In this document: positions 22,886-33,365 of the stretch, piece after piece | How the letters are laid out: each line of letters opens with the position of its first letter | How positions within the stretch are numbered: the first letter of the stretch is position 1 | Assembly (NCBI RefSeq): GCF_001194135.2 | Contig: NC_068991.1 | Coordinates: forward strand, 61,067,238 to 61,100,602 | Origin: Octopus bimaculoides | Taxonomy: Eukaryota | Direction: 5' to 3' | DNA: 33,365 bases | Notes under the pieces: model-generated | What the model was told of the DNA's origin: nothing | Databases searched by the model: none | The model's input: only the letters and a program-made list of their open reading frames with translations | Position numbers and translations under genes: made by a program

Positions 22886-25345
22886 TCTATCTATAACATA
22901 CACGCATCCTGTTATTCACTCACTCATTCTCTCTCTCTCTCTATATATATATATATCTATCTATCTTTCTCTCTAAAAGGGAGGCCTGTTTTAAAAGAAA
23001 AGAATATGAAAGAAAAAGAAACACTGATGGAAGACAGATGATAGAATGGAAAAATGATCTGTATTTGGAATGTTAATATGAAAAGTTGGGTAATCCAGGA
23101 ATATTGGGTATGGAGAAGTGGGAATCATTCAATGGATTAATTCTGGTTTTCATTAGCACTTCCCATAGTTTTGAAGGGAATGCTTTGAGTGGAGGCAAAG
23201 GTAGACGAAACCATGGCTCGGCTCTTCAATAGTTGCTAACCAGAGTTGAGTCATGCATGTATTCATATGAGTAGCTTCATAAGAAGTTGATAGAAAGGAG
23301 ACTAGTTACAAATGGGGTGGGAAAGGAGCAGATACAAGATTATGCATCAGATGACAGGGTAACCTTTCATGGTATGACTTGTGAATTTAGGTCCTTGTAC
23401 TACTCGACAATGATCTTTGCTGGGAAACCTTTTTTCTTGTACTATGCAAGGAAAGGCATAGTCAGAGGCAGCACATCAAAAGACTGCGTTATCTGTAACA
23501 GAGGCAAAGCTAAACACTTTGAAAAGAAGGCAAATAGGAAAGTGTGATGTTCACATTTTTACCGTTTTTACAGAGGATGCTAGTGATATAAGTGAAATAA
23601 GCTGAACTAAAATGAGAGTCACAAACCAAAGTTAAAGAATCAGCTGAGAAATTATGGCCGTTTTACTAAGAATTTTTTCTTTTTTTTTTTTTCCAATTTT
23701 TAAAACTAAACAGATGAGATGAGGAGAAGCAACTGTATAACAAGCTGAACAAACAGTGTTGGGTTAGGGGTTATCGGGCTTGATTGCATGCAGGCAAGAA
23801 GAAATAAAAGAAATAAAAATAAAACATAAAAACGACAAAAGTGATGTTATATCTGGAGAAATTTCCTCTTTGAGAGAGGGACAGGCAGAAATATAAAGAT
23901 AGCGAGAGAGAGAGGGAGGAGAGGAAAGAAAGAAAAAAAGAAAGAAAATACTGTTAATCTTGGTTTTAACCAATTGAGAGGGATATCATTAAAGAGTGCA
24001 GTAGAAATAGTTGAAAAGAAATTAAATAAAAGAAAAAAATGCTTATTAGACAACCTCAGTTTGACCTTTCAGCATTAAGGCAATGGGAAAAAAGCATTTA
24101 GAGAAGATTATTGTCAATAAGATTAGCTTGATCATAGCCGATTACTCTGCTTTAGATGCTAGCTGTACAGGATCTTCATTCTTGTAAATTAGATTCAGTA
24201 ATGCATGGAAATAATAATAGCGATGATGATGATGATAATAAAATTACGAGGATAACAGTGAATATGATGATAACAATGATGATGATGATAACAATAATGA
24301 TGAAAGCCTTCTCAACGATTTCTCATTTCTTGGATCATATTTCTCTGGAAATTTTGTCAGTTGAAAGAACTGACGCCNNNNNNNNNNNNNNNNNNNNNNN
24401 NNNNNNNNNNNNNNNNNNNNNNNNNNNNNNNNNNNNNNNNNNNNNNNNNNNNNNNNNNNNNNNNNNNNNNNNNNNNNNNNNNNNNNNNNNNNNNNNNNNN
24501 NNNNNNNNNNNNNNNNNNNNNNNNNNNNNNNNNNNNNNNNNNNNNNNNNNNNNNNNNNNNNNNNNNNNNNNNNNNNNNNNNNNNNNNNNNNNNNNNNNNN
24601 NNNNNNNNNNNNNNNNNNNNNNNNNNNNNNNNNNNNNNNNNNNNNNNNNNNNNNNNNNNNNNNNNNNNNNNNNNNNNNNNNNNNNNNNNNNNNNNNNNNN
24701 NNNNNNNNNNNNNNNNNNNNNNNNNNNNNNNNNNNNNNNNNNNNNNNNNNNNNNNNNNNNNNNNNNNNNNNNNNNNNNNNNNNNNNNNNNNNNNNNNNNN
24801 NNNNNNNNNNNNNNNNNNNNNNNNNNNNNNNNNNNNNNNNNNNNNNNNNNNNNNNNNNNNNNNNNNNNNNNNNNNNNNNNNNNNNNNNNNNNNNNNNNNN
24901 NNNNNNNNNNNNNNNNNNNNNNNNNNNNNNNNNNNNNNNNNNNNNNNNNNNNNNNNNNNNNNNNNNNNNNNNNNNNNNNNNNNNNNNNNNNNNNNNNNNN
25001 NNNNNNNNNNNNNNNNNNNNNNNNNNNNNNNNNNNNNNNNNNNNNNNNNNNNNNNNNNNNNNNNNNNNNNNNNNNNNNNNNNNNNNNNNNNNNNNNNNNN
25101 NNNNNNNNNNNNNNNNNNNNNNNNNNNNNNNNNNNNNNNNNNNNNNNNNNNNNNNNNNNNNNNNNNNNNNNNNNNNNNNNNNNNNNNNNNNNNNNNNNNN
25201 NNNNNNNNNNNNNNNNNNNNNNNNNNNNNNNNNNNNNNNNNNNNNNNNNNNNNNNNNNNNNNNNNNNNNNNNNNNNNNNNNNNNNNNNNNNNNNNNNNNN
25301 NNNNNNNNNNNNNNNNNNNNNNNNNNNNNNNNNNNNNNNNNNNNN

Positions 25346-25685
25346 AGGATTTTAAGCCCAAATGTCACTTGGAACCTCATGGAGAAGGAACCGATTGATT
25401 AAAAGAAAAATGAAGAGAAAAGTCAACCCAAGCAGGATTTTAAGCCCAAATGTCACTTGGAACCTCATGGAGAAGGAACCGATTGATTAAAAGAAAAATG
25501 AAGAGAAAAGTCAACCCAAGCAGGATTTTAAGTCAGAATGTCACCAAATACTACATGGAGAAGGAATTGGTTATTTTAAAGGAAAATGAGGAGCAAAGTC
25601 AACGTAAGCAGAATTTTAAGTAATGTCACTAAATACAACATGGAAATGAAATTGGTTAAGAAACAAATACAAAGCAGGATTTTAA
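25346..25685. repeat. 88-bp tandem repeat: two identical units, two diverged units and a fifth unit interrupted by a MITE
   Basis: Unit starts at 25346, 25434, 25522, 25610 and 25675. The array begins at gap 24378-25345. Confidence 0.9.
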
Positions 25686-25909
25686 CCCTTTTGATACCAA
25701 CATACCTGGTATCAAAATACTGCTGGTTTTATGATACAAGCTTCCTGTTTTAAGGTGACCCTAAATTAAAGCTTTCCACCAAAATTTCCTGTTTATTTCT
25801 GTTCCAAACATCAGCTTAATAAGGGCAAAATTATTTTACTAAATTATTATTTCCAACATTTATTAAAACAAAACCAGTGTATTTTAAGAGAAACATGGCA
25901 ACAAAAGGG
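25686..25909. mobile_element. piggyBac-like MITE with TTAA target duplication
   Basis: TTAA at 25682-25685 and 25910-25913. The ends cccttttgatacca and tggcaacaaaaggg are 12/14 inverted, with the CCC...GGG termini typical of piggyBac. Confidence 0.8.
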
Positions 25910-26025
25910 TTAAATCAGAATTTGATTCCTGCAGTACCATTTTTGTCATTCATTATCTTCTTTGACAGTAAAAATACTTTAAGAACTGAGATAATTTCAA
26001 AAGAAAAAAAAAAAAATTTCTTCTT

Positions 26026-26405
26026 AGGCACAGATATGGCTGTGTGGTTAAGAAGCTCACTTTGCAACCCTATGGTTTTGGGTTCAGTCCCAACTGCATG
26101 GCATCTTATGTAGTAGTCGTCTACTCTATCTTCAAGTTGACCACTGCCTTGTGAGTAAATTTGGTAGATTGGAAACTGTGTGGAAGCTTCTGTGTGTGTG
26201 TGTGTGTGTGTGTGTGCATGTCCCACTCCCACTGCTTAACAACTAAGGTTGGGTTGTTTATGTCCCCGTAACTTAGTGATTTTGGTAAAAGAAACTGATA
26301 GAATAAGTACTGGGGTCAATTTGTTCATTTAAACCCTTTAAGGTGGTGCCTCAGCATGGCCACAGTCCAATCACAGAAACAATTAAAAGATAAAAGATAA
26401 AAGAT
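26026..26405 (+). mobile_element. Full-length family A SINE with tail T1
   Basis: ggctgtgtggttaagaagctc...gggttcagtccc head, internal (TG)n, and ggtggtgcctcagcatggccacagtcc...(gataaaa)n tail. Confidence 0.85.
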
Positions 26406-26499
26406 TAACTTTGCAAAATTTTGGTGGAGAAACTATTGAATATTAGAATGATTGGATCCTGGATTGTTTTGTCTTTTTTATTTATTTATCAATTTCCAG

Positions 26500-26646
26500 G
26501 AAGATTTTCAGAAAACAAGGGCAGAACCAATACAATAAGTCATCAACAGTATTTAAAAGCTCCAATGCAGTACAAAAGCTGGTTGTGAAATCCTGTTATC
26601 TATTTAAGTCACCAAACTGTAATAACAAACCATTAACACAGTTTTG
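26500..26646 (+). CDS. Candidate 147-nt phase-2/phase-2 exon (KIFRKQGQNQYNKSSTVFKSSNAVQKLVVKSCYLFKSPNCNNKPLTQF)
   Basis: A long T-rich tract precedes ttccag|g, and the donor is TG|GTAAGG at 26647. Only this frame is open. No homolog recognised. Confidence 0.35.
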
Positions 26647-27528
26647 GTAAGGAGGGAAGAAAAATATTGGAATATCTTGCAAAGTAAGATTTCACTCTCT
26701 CCAGGATAGTGGAAACAATATCTGGCAGCTTTTCCAGATTTTGGCATAAAGCTTAATAAAATTTCAAACTGTACTGCATATCCATAAAGATCAACATTAT
26801 GTTATTTATGGATGTAGTTATTTATGGATATAGAGGTCAATGAAAAGAAAGACCAAAAACTGTTATGAGAGATAGAAGTTAGAGAAGGAATAGACTTATA
26901 GCCATAGCTTCTGCTACCATTGTATTGATGATAGTGAACGACTAAGAATAAAATTACAGTTATATCCCAGAACCATAGAAAAATATTTAAGTAAGATTTT
27001 GTGATGGTGTTTATTTCATCTTTCAAAGCATTAAAGAAAACAATGTAGCAGATAGAAGAATGTTATGACAAAGGGTTTTGACTAAAAATGAATGCAACAA
27101 GAACAGCTTCATTATGTGGAATGAGACCCAAAACATTCATCAAATATTTTTTTTAACGACAATAAAGAGCAATAATATAGAATTAAAAAAATATAAAGCA
27201 TAGAAACTGTACACTATTTTATCTCTTCTGCCGTATCTGTTTATTATAGATACAGTATCTGTTTATTGTTTATAATACGAGAGACAAGTTGGTAGGGCAA
27301 GTATAAGAAAATTGGACAGATATTTTCAGCTGGTTAAGTTTGGTTTTCTAAAATAGATATCAATGATAAACTAAAAGCTGTAGTTTCTTAGGGAAGAGTG
27401 TCTCTCATCACCAAAATGTTGCACTCAAACACTTTGTCCAAATATTTATCCCTAAGACTGCAACAATGTCAAACTTTCTCGGTTTTTTTTCTTTTCTTTT
27501 TTTTTTTTTTGTTGTTAATACTTCTTAG

Positions 27529-27573
27529 CTTGCAGAATTCCCAAATAGTTTCAACCACCTCAACCTCTGCATT
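27529..27573 (+). CDS. Candidate 45-nt phase-2/phase-2 exon (LQNSQIVSTTSTSA)
   Basis: A poly-T tract precedes cttcttag|, and the donor is TT|GTGAGA at 27574. Confidence 0.2.
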
Positions 27574-27717
27574 GTGAGAAACAGAATTTGAACTGACTCT
27601 AGATGTTCTTCCTCCACTAAATGAAAATGAGTAATTGAAAGTATGCTCAGCATTTACTTTTTGAATCTATAAATTACTCAAGCTTTACAGTATATTGACA
27701 ATTTCCACAATGTATAA

Positions 27718-27990
27718 TAGGCACAAGCATGGCCAAATCACATGGTTTTAGGTTCAGTCCCACGACATGGCACCTTGGGCAAGTGCCTTCTCTCATAGTC
27801 CCAGTTCAATCAAAGCCTTGTGAGTGGATCACTATCATGTAATCAGTGTTTTTGTTTCCACTCATCCATGACAACAAGCGATGGTTGATGACAGGAAGGA
27901 CATCCAGCCACAGAAAATCCACCTCAACAAATACTGTCCAACCCATGCTAGCATAGAAAAGTAGATATTACGATGATGATGATGATGATG
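27718..27990 (+). mobile_element. Family A head joined to family D tail, internally deleted
   Basis: ggttcagtcccacgacatggcaccttgggcaagtgcc, then gacaggaaggacatccagccacagaaaatcc...gatgatgat. Confidence 0.8.
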
Positions 27991-29029
27991 ACAATGATGA
28001 TGTTTCCCAACCTTCTGCTAGTCCAGCATCCCCTCGGTGATGACAAGTTAAAATGGTCAGCCCTCCTCCTTAAATGTTCTATACAGATATTCAAAGGCAA
28101 GTGAAGTTAAATTTGTATTTGTTACTTATACATTCCCAACATGCCCTCCATGTGTTAGTACCCCATGTTGAGAAACAATTGCATGGTAGATATACTCCTA
28201 ACAGTTGCTTGAAGCTACATTTTAGCCTCATACAAAAAAAGGTAGTCTTCTAGCAAACCAAGACCATACATCAATCTTAAAAAGGTAGGCATTATATTTT
28301 TGGTAAGCCAGTGTTATGACTTGGCTTTAATTCCCAGTTGTGGCTAAATTCCCTTGAGTTTATTTACATAATGTATGGCTTCAGGAAAGGCATGAATATC
28401 ACAACTTTTATTCTCCTCAACCTGAAGTACATAGAGCTTTCCCCTTTGAAATATGTTTTTAACCACAAACGTCAAACAATGACAATTTTCCAAACATGTA
28501 TGAGATAAATAGAACATTTTGTTTTTTCAATTTCTGAAATTTTCTAAAAACAAAAAAAAAGAGTTTGAAATGTTGCTTTATTCAAAAAACAAAAAATACA
28601 ACCTATCATTCATTATAAACCATTCTCTTCTCTTTGTCTGCCATTTCTTATTGTATTCACATATTCACAAACAATACTGGATCTCTGCTCTGTACTTTCA
28701 ATACCATATTCCACCCACAAGAAATCTCTCAGTTAACCAAAATTTCTTCATCATTACCATTACCGTTGCCATTGACACCATTATCATCATCATTGTCATC
28801 ATCTCCATCATCATCATCATTCTCATGATCATCATCTTCATTTAATGAGAATGAAATATATGAATAATACACGAAAGTGTTAGATAGACTAGTGAGTAAT
28901 TTATAAAGAGGCAAGAAAATATAAGTTGGAGTCATTCGGATGACATTAATGAAATTTATACATTGATTATCATTAGGTAAAATACAAAATGATAACTATT
29001 TGGCAAAAGAAAGATTATTAATAATAATG

Positions 29030-29072
<43 letters not shown>

Positions 29073-29814
29073 TAAAATTATGAGGTTAACACTGAATGCA
29101 ATGATAATGAAATGATAATAACAGTGATGAAACACTTCTCAAAGACTTCCCAATCAATAATAATAATAATAATAATATAAAAAGAAGAAGAAGAACAACA
29201 ACAACAACAACATTAATAATATATATATAATAGAAGAAAGAAAGAAATGTATTTTAAAATCCTCTAAGATCCAGTTATCCAGAAGAAATCACTTCTAACT
29301 TATTTTGCAAAGTAAAAAAACTAATTCTAATTTTGAGCTAACAAAACTTTCTAATTAAGTCTGTAAAAATGCTAATTCAGCAATGAATTTTTCCCCCTCA
29401 AATTAACCTCTTCTGTCTTGAAGTCATCATTAACACTGATTTAACAACCATTTTCCTCTATATTGGTAAGGTGTGGGTTGGATAGAAGCTATAGTTCAGT
29501 AAATCACAAGTCATTCCGATTCCATGCTATCTCATCTGCGAAGTCCAACATTTTGAGGCCAAACTACACAACTTCCAACGATGCCGTTTGCTGACAACAC
29601 ACAACACTTTTCACCCCATCGAGTATTCATTGATTGTTAAGTGGTGTTAAAAATTCTGTCTCCTTAAATGAGCAAGACATAGCTAGACAACTGACCAAGT
29701 AATCACATCAAAGGAGATCCTATGGTAGATTAATGACTTAGTAACTGATTACTATAATTGATGTATTTAATTTCATACCTTTCAGTTAAGAGTTCAGATT
29801 TGTATTGGAGTCAT

Positions 29815-30222
29815 GCAGATATGGGTGTGTGGTTAAAAAGCTTGCTTTGCAACCAGGTGGTTTCAGGTTCAGTCTCACTGTGGGATATCTTGGGCAAGTG
29901 TCTTCTACCATAACCTCAGATTGACTAATGTTTTGCAAATAAATTTGGTAAACAGAAACTGTGTTGAAGGCAGCGAGCTGGCAGAATCATTAGCAAGCTG
30001 GGCGAAATGCTCAGCGGTATTTCGTCTGTCTTTACGTTCTGAGTTCAAATTCTGCCGAGGTCGACTTTACCTTTCATCCTTTCAGGGTCAATAAATTAAG
30101 TACCAGTTATGCACTGGGGTCGATGTAATCGTCTTAATACCTTTGTCTGTTCATGTTTGTCCCCTCTATGTTTAGCCCCTTGTGCACAATAAAGAAATAA
30201 GAAACTGTGTAGAAGCCTATTG
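29815..30222 (+). mobile_element. Family A SINE head hosting a family B insertion
   Basis: Head gggtgtgtggttaaaaagcttgctttgcaacc...cttgggcaagtgtc, resuming as gaaactgtgtagaagcc after the insert. Confidence 0.85.
29970..30199 (+). mobile_element. Young SINE family B with tail T4, 16-bp TSD with one mismatch
   Basis: AGAAACTGTGT[T/A]GAAG at 29954-29969 and 30200-30215. A box at 29979-29990, B box GAGTTCAAAT at 30041-30050. The central gcctttcatcctttc.gggtc.ataaattaagtaccag resembles, from memory, the MetaSINE-type core. Confidence 0.9.
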
Positions 30223-30576
30223 TGTTTCAAATGAAAGAACGCACATGGTGTAATGTGATGAATATTTTAGAAATAAATGTTAAGTATGGCTGACATGGTT
30301 TTAGTATGCTTTTCATACAGAAAGTGAAATCAATTGATTTTCGAATATACATATTCCTTACTTCTGTAGTTTATACAAGGTAAGCCTATTTCTGTTATAT
30401 TCGTTGCACTCACCGTGTGTATTTTGAAAGTGAGTAATGTGTGGTTTTACAGTGATAACTCTTTTTATAGCAAGTGATATTTTAATATCCTACTGAATTT
30501 TGTTTGTATTTTTACCTATAAAGGTATAAACTTGCTAGCCACTTTATTATTACCATTATAATGATAATGATACCAA

Positions 30577-30625
<49 letters not shown>

Positions 30626-30713
30626 TAGGTGTGTAAGGTATTTGAGGACATACCTTTTTGGGGTCATTGCTGCATATTTTGCTAATTCTGTATAATCTTT
30701 GTTTCAGAAAATA

Positions 30714-31557
30714 ATGATGGCAGATACACAGCTTACTCATGAAATGAAGAGGCATTCTGTTATTGTGGCTATAAAGGCTGAGCATAGTGATTTAGAAATA
30801 TCTCGAGTTTTAAAAATTGCCAGATCTTTCATCTGCAAAGTTTGTAAGGAGCTAGAGACTGAATATGGAAATGTATCACCAGTATCAAAGCAGAAAAAGC
30901 ATTCTAAACGCTCTGAAATCATCAGAACACCTGAATTTATCCAGCAAGTTCAACAGACCATTGTTTCCAATCCCAGAAAGTCCATGGGGTCAATTGCAAA
31001 AGGTCTCCATATGTCAGAAGGAACAATCAGAAATGATGTCCACAAAGACATCAGATATAAGTTTTATATGATGAGGGAAGGTCAATTTGTTAGAAAAAGC
31101 AAAAGAAAATCACTACATCAGAGCTAAAAGGCTCTTAAACAAACTGGAAAATCCAGCAGATTTGATTGGCTTTTCTCAAATGAGAAAAACTTTGACCAAG
31201 ATCAAAAAGTTAACAGAAGAAATGACAGATGGTTACGTGCAGACCCTTCTGAAGTTCCAAGTGTTATGCATACAAAATTTCCTGCAACTGTCATGGTTTT
31301 AGGGGTTGTCAGCAATGAAGAACATGTGATGCCACCTTACTTCTTTCCACAAGGCCTTACATTGAGGTCTTGGAAATAATTGTTAAGCTCTGGATAGACA
31401 GTGTGTACAATGGAAGGCCATATGTGTTTCAGTAAGACTCTACACTATCACACATGGCTCTAGTAACACAGGAATGGATGGCTGAAAATTTTCATGATCA
31501 CATAACCCCTAACATTTGGCTTCCTAATTTCCAGATTTCAATCCATTGGACTATTAC
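30714..31557 (+). pseudogene. Decayed Tc1/mariner-superfamily transposase, DD37D (maT) type
   Basis: N-terminal HTH-like region, then across frameshifts WLFS[N]EKNF (first D mutated to N, 31179-31181), KFPATVMVLGVVS, YVFQ*D (31436-31438) and W.PN(S)PDFNPLDY (D at 31549-31551). There are 37 residues between the second and third D if one base is restored. The 3' end is lost, and I found no TIR. Confidence 0.9.
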
Positions 31558-31559
31558 AT

Positions 31560-31990
31560 AAAAAACACCAGTGCTGATGCCATATTGAAGCTCTTATGCT
31601 GATGATGTCATAGAAAAAGCACCCAGTTCATTCAGTAAAGCGGTTGGCATTAGAAAAGGCACCCAGTCATAGAAGCCATGCCAAAACAGACAATTGAAGC
31701 CTGGTGCAACTTCAGTGCACACCTGTACATGTCTAGTCCTCTACTCAGTGGAGATGAACAAACCAACACCAGTCAAGAGGTGGTGGGGGACAAACACAAC
31801 ACACATGTGAAAACATGCATGCATACACATATATGTAGATATGTATAGAACGGGTTTGTTTCAATTTCTGTCCATCAAGGAATATAGTAGAAGACATTTG
31901 CCCAAGGAACCATGCAATAGGACTGAACCCAAAGCCATATGATTGAGGAACAAGTTTCTTAACCACACAATCTGTGGCTGTGTGGTTAAG
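31560..31990. mobile_element. SINE fragments: family C (plus, about 31560-31720), family A (minus, about 31740-31970) and an inverted head stub
   Basis: gcggttggcattagaaaaggcacccagtcatag; gacatttgcccaaggaaccatgcaataggactgaaccc; tgtgtggttaag. Confidence 0.7.
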
Positions 31991-32193
31991 ATTTAGCCTC
32001 TATTGATGTGTTGTTATCTAATTCCAGGCCAACCATTATAGGATGGACCTATAATTAAAGGTACTCTAGCTATGACTACACTTATCATTCCAGAACACAT
32101 TGTTCGTTATATCTTTTTCATTTTTTCTTTTTTTTTCATTCAGGATGGTAGGATGTGATTTGAAACACATCATGCTGCTATTTCTAGCAGATC

Positions 32194-32240
<47 letters not shown>

Positions 32241-32250
32241 NNNNNNNNNN

Positions 32251-32298
<48 letters not shown>

Positions 32299-32995
32299 TC
32301 CGTTATCTTGGCATATGTAACAATGGAAAGTGCATATAAAAACTGCTGAAAAATCAATCTCATTTTACGAATCACATTTCTACAAATGTATCTAGATAAT
32401 TCCACTAATCCAAGTCTTAGGTCACCATATGGTAGGAACAAGATGAGAGTAAATTCCCAAAAGCAAAAAAAAAATGGCAAAAACGCAAAGTCCTTCCTGC
32501 ATGATTATAGATATTAGCAACTAAACAACAATAAGAAAAGAAAAAAGAAAAGAAAACAAAACAAACAAAAAAGAAAGCAGCAAACTAATGGAAAATCCCA
32601 TAGCAGTGAGACAGTATAGTAAGATGTTATTTCCAATGGCTATGTTTTGGTTACTAAGAAGAAATAAGTGGTATATTGCGAGGAAAGACGGCATAGGTAG
32701 GATAAATAAAATAGCATTGGTTGGAAGAGAGAGGAAAACTTCATATTTATTAAAAAAGTACAACATATTTTAGATCTTTGTAAGAACAGGGAATCACAAA
32801 TGCTATAATGTGTGTGTGTACAAACATACACATATAAATGTATGTACATATACATGTACATAAACACACACACACACTTGCATATACATACATATACACA
32901 CAACACATACATATACATATATATATATTTATATATGCATACATATATAAATATACATACATAAATACATTACATACATAAATAAATATACATAC

Positions 32996-33365
32996 ATAGA
33001 TAAAGCAATTAAGAGTATGAAGACCGGGAAAGCCCCCGGCCCATCAGGAATCACTGCAGAGATGCTCAAAATATCTGGCAGTGTTGGCTATAGCCTAGTC
33101 ACCCGTATTACGAACCAGGTGATACACGAAGGAGTCATACCCTATGACTGGTGTAGCAGCATCATAGTCAACTGCTACAAAGGTAAAGGGGACGCTTTAG
33201 ATACAAATAATTACAGAGGCATCAAGCTGTTAGATCAGGTTATGAAAGTTACAGAGAGGGTCATAGCCCAACTAATTAGGGAGCGAATCAATTTAGATGA
33301 GATGCAGTTTGGGTTCGTGCCAGGTAAAAGCACTACTGATGCCTTATTTCTAGTGAGACAGTTGC
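32996..33365 (+). mobile_element. RTE-clade LINE, N-terminal part of reverse transcriptase, open frame continuing beyond the window
   Basis: AIKSMKTGKAPGPSGITAEMLK...IPYDWCSSIIVNCYKGKGDALDTNNYRGIKLL...QFGFVPGKSTTDALFLVRQL. 120 codons without a stop carry the KAPG, W..S.I...KGKGD, NYRGI.LL and QFGF..G.ST motifs. Confidence 0.93.

Noticed and set aside
23220-23547. 86-aa plus ORF, and minus-strand strings (YKDLN, FPTPF, YMHD) faintly like a gypsy RT
   Set aside because: The motif spacing is far too short and would need multiple deletions, and there are several stops. Probably coincidence.
4877-25398. ORFs of 330-470 aa in the track
   Set aside because: They are made of X from N-gaps plus YI/HT dipeptide microsatellite runs.
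30380-30389. 10-nt micro-exon candidate with perfect donor (also 6216-6235 on plus and about 10462-10472 on minus)
   Set aside because: Splice-like sites this close together arise by chance in AT-rich DNA and cannot be supported without RNA data.

Overview
Repeat-saturated, AT-rich eukaryotic DNA from a gapped draft assembly (7 N-runs, about 3.1 kb). The SINE families and extreme microsatellite load look like an octopus genome; this is inference from recalled repeat sequences, not a search. No complete host gene is visible, and most ORF-track entries are microsatellite or N artefacts. The protein-coding remnants I can support are all mobile: a decayed DD37D (maT-type) Tc1/mariner transposase (30714-31557), a 5'-truncated R4/Dong-type REL-endonuclease retrotransposon between (AAT)n tracts (21310-21846), a CR1/L2-like ORF2 C-terminus (13428-13628, minus), and an uninterrupted RTE reverse-transcriptase frame running off the right end (32996-33365). 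There are also a hAT MITE with an 8-bp TSD, a TTAA-flanked piggyBac-like MITE and about 30 SINE copies built from interchangeable heads and tails. SINE labels A-E and tail labels T1-T4 are my own working names. Best leads: (1) one SINE subtype inserted twice, with separate TSDs, at the homologous site of another SINE; (2) the same SINE head with a different tail sits only in (ATT)n tracts and forms tandem arrays; (3) an unclassified 550-bp (AAT)n-flanked element; (4) a speculative chain of phase-2 exons on the + strand; (5) a minisatellite carrying six AAAGGTCA motifs.
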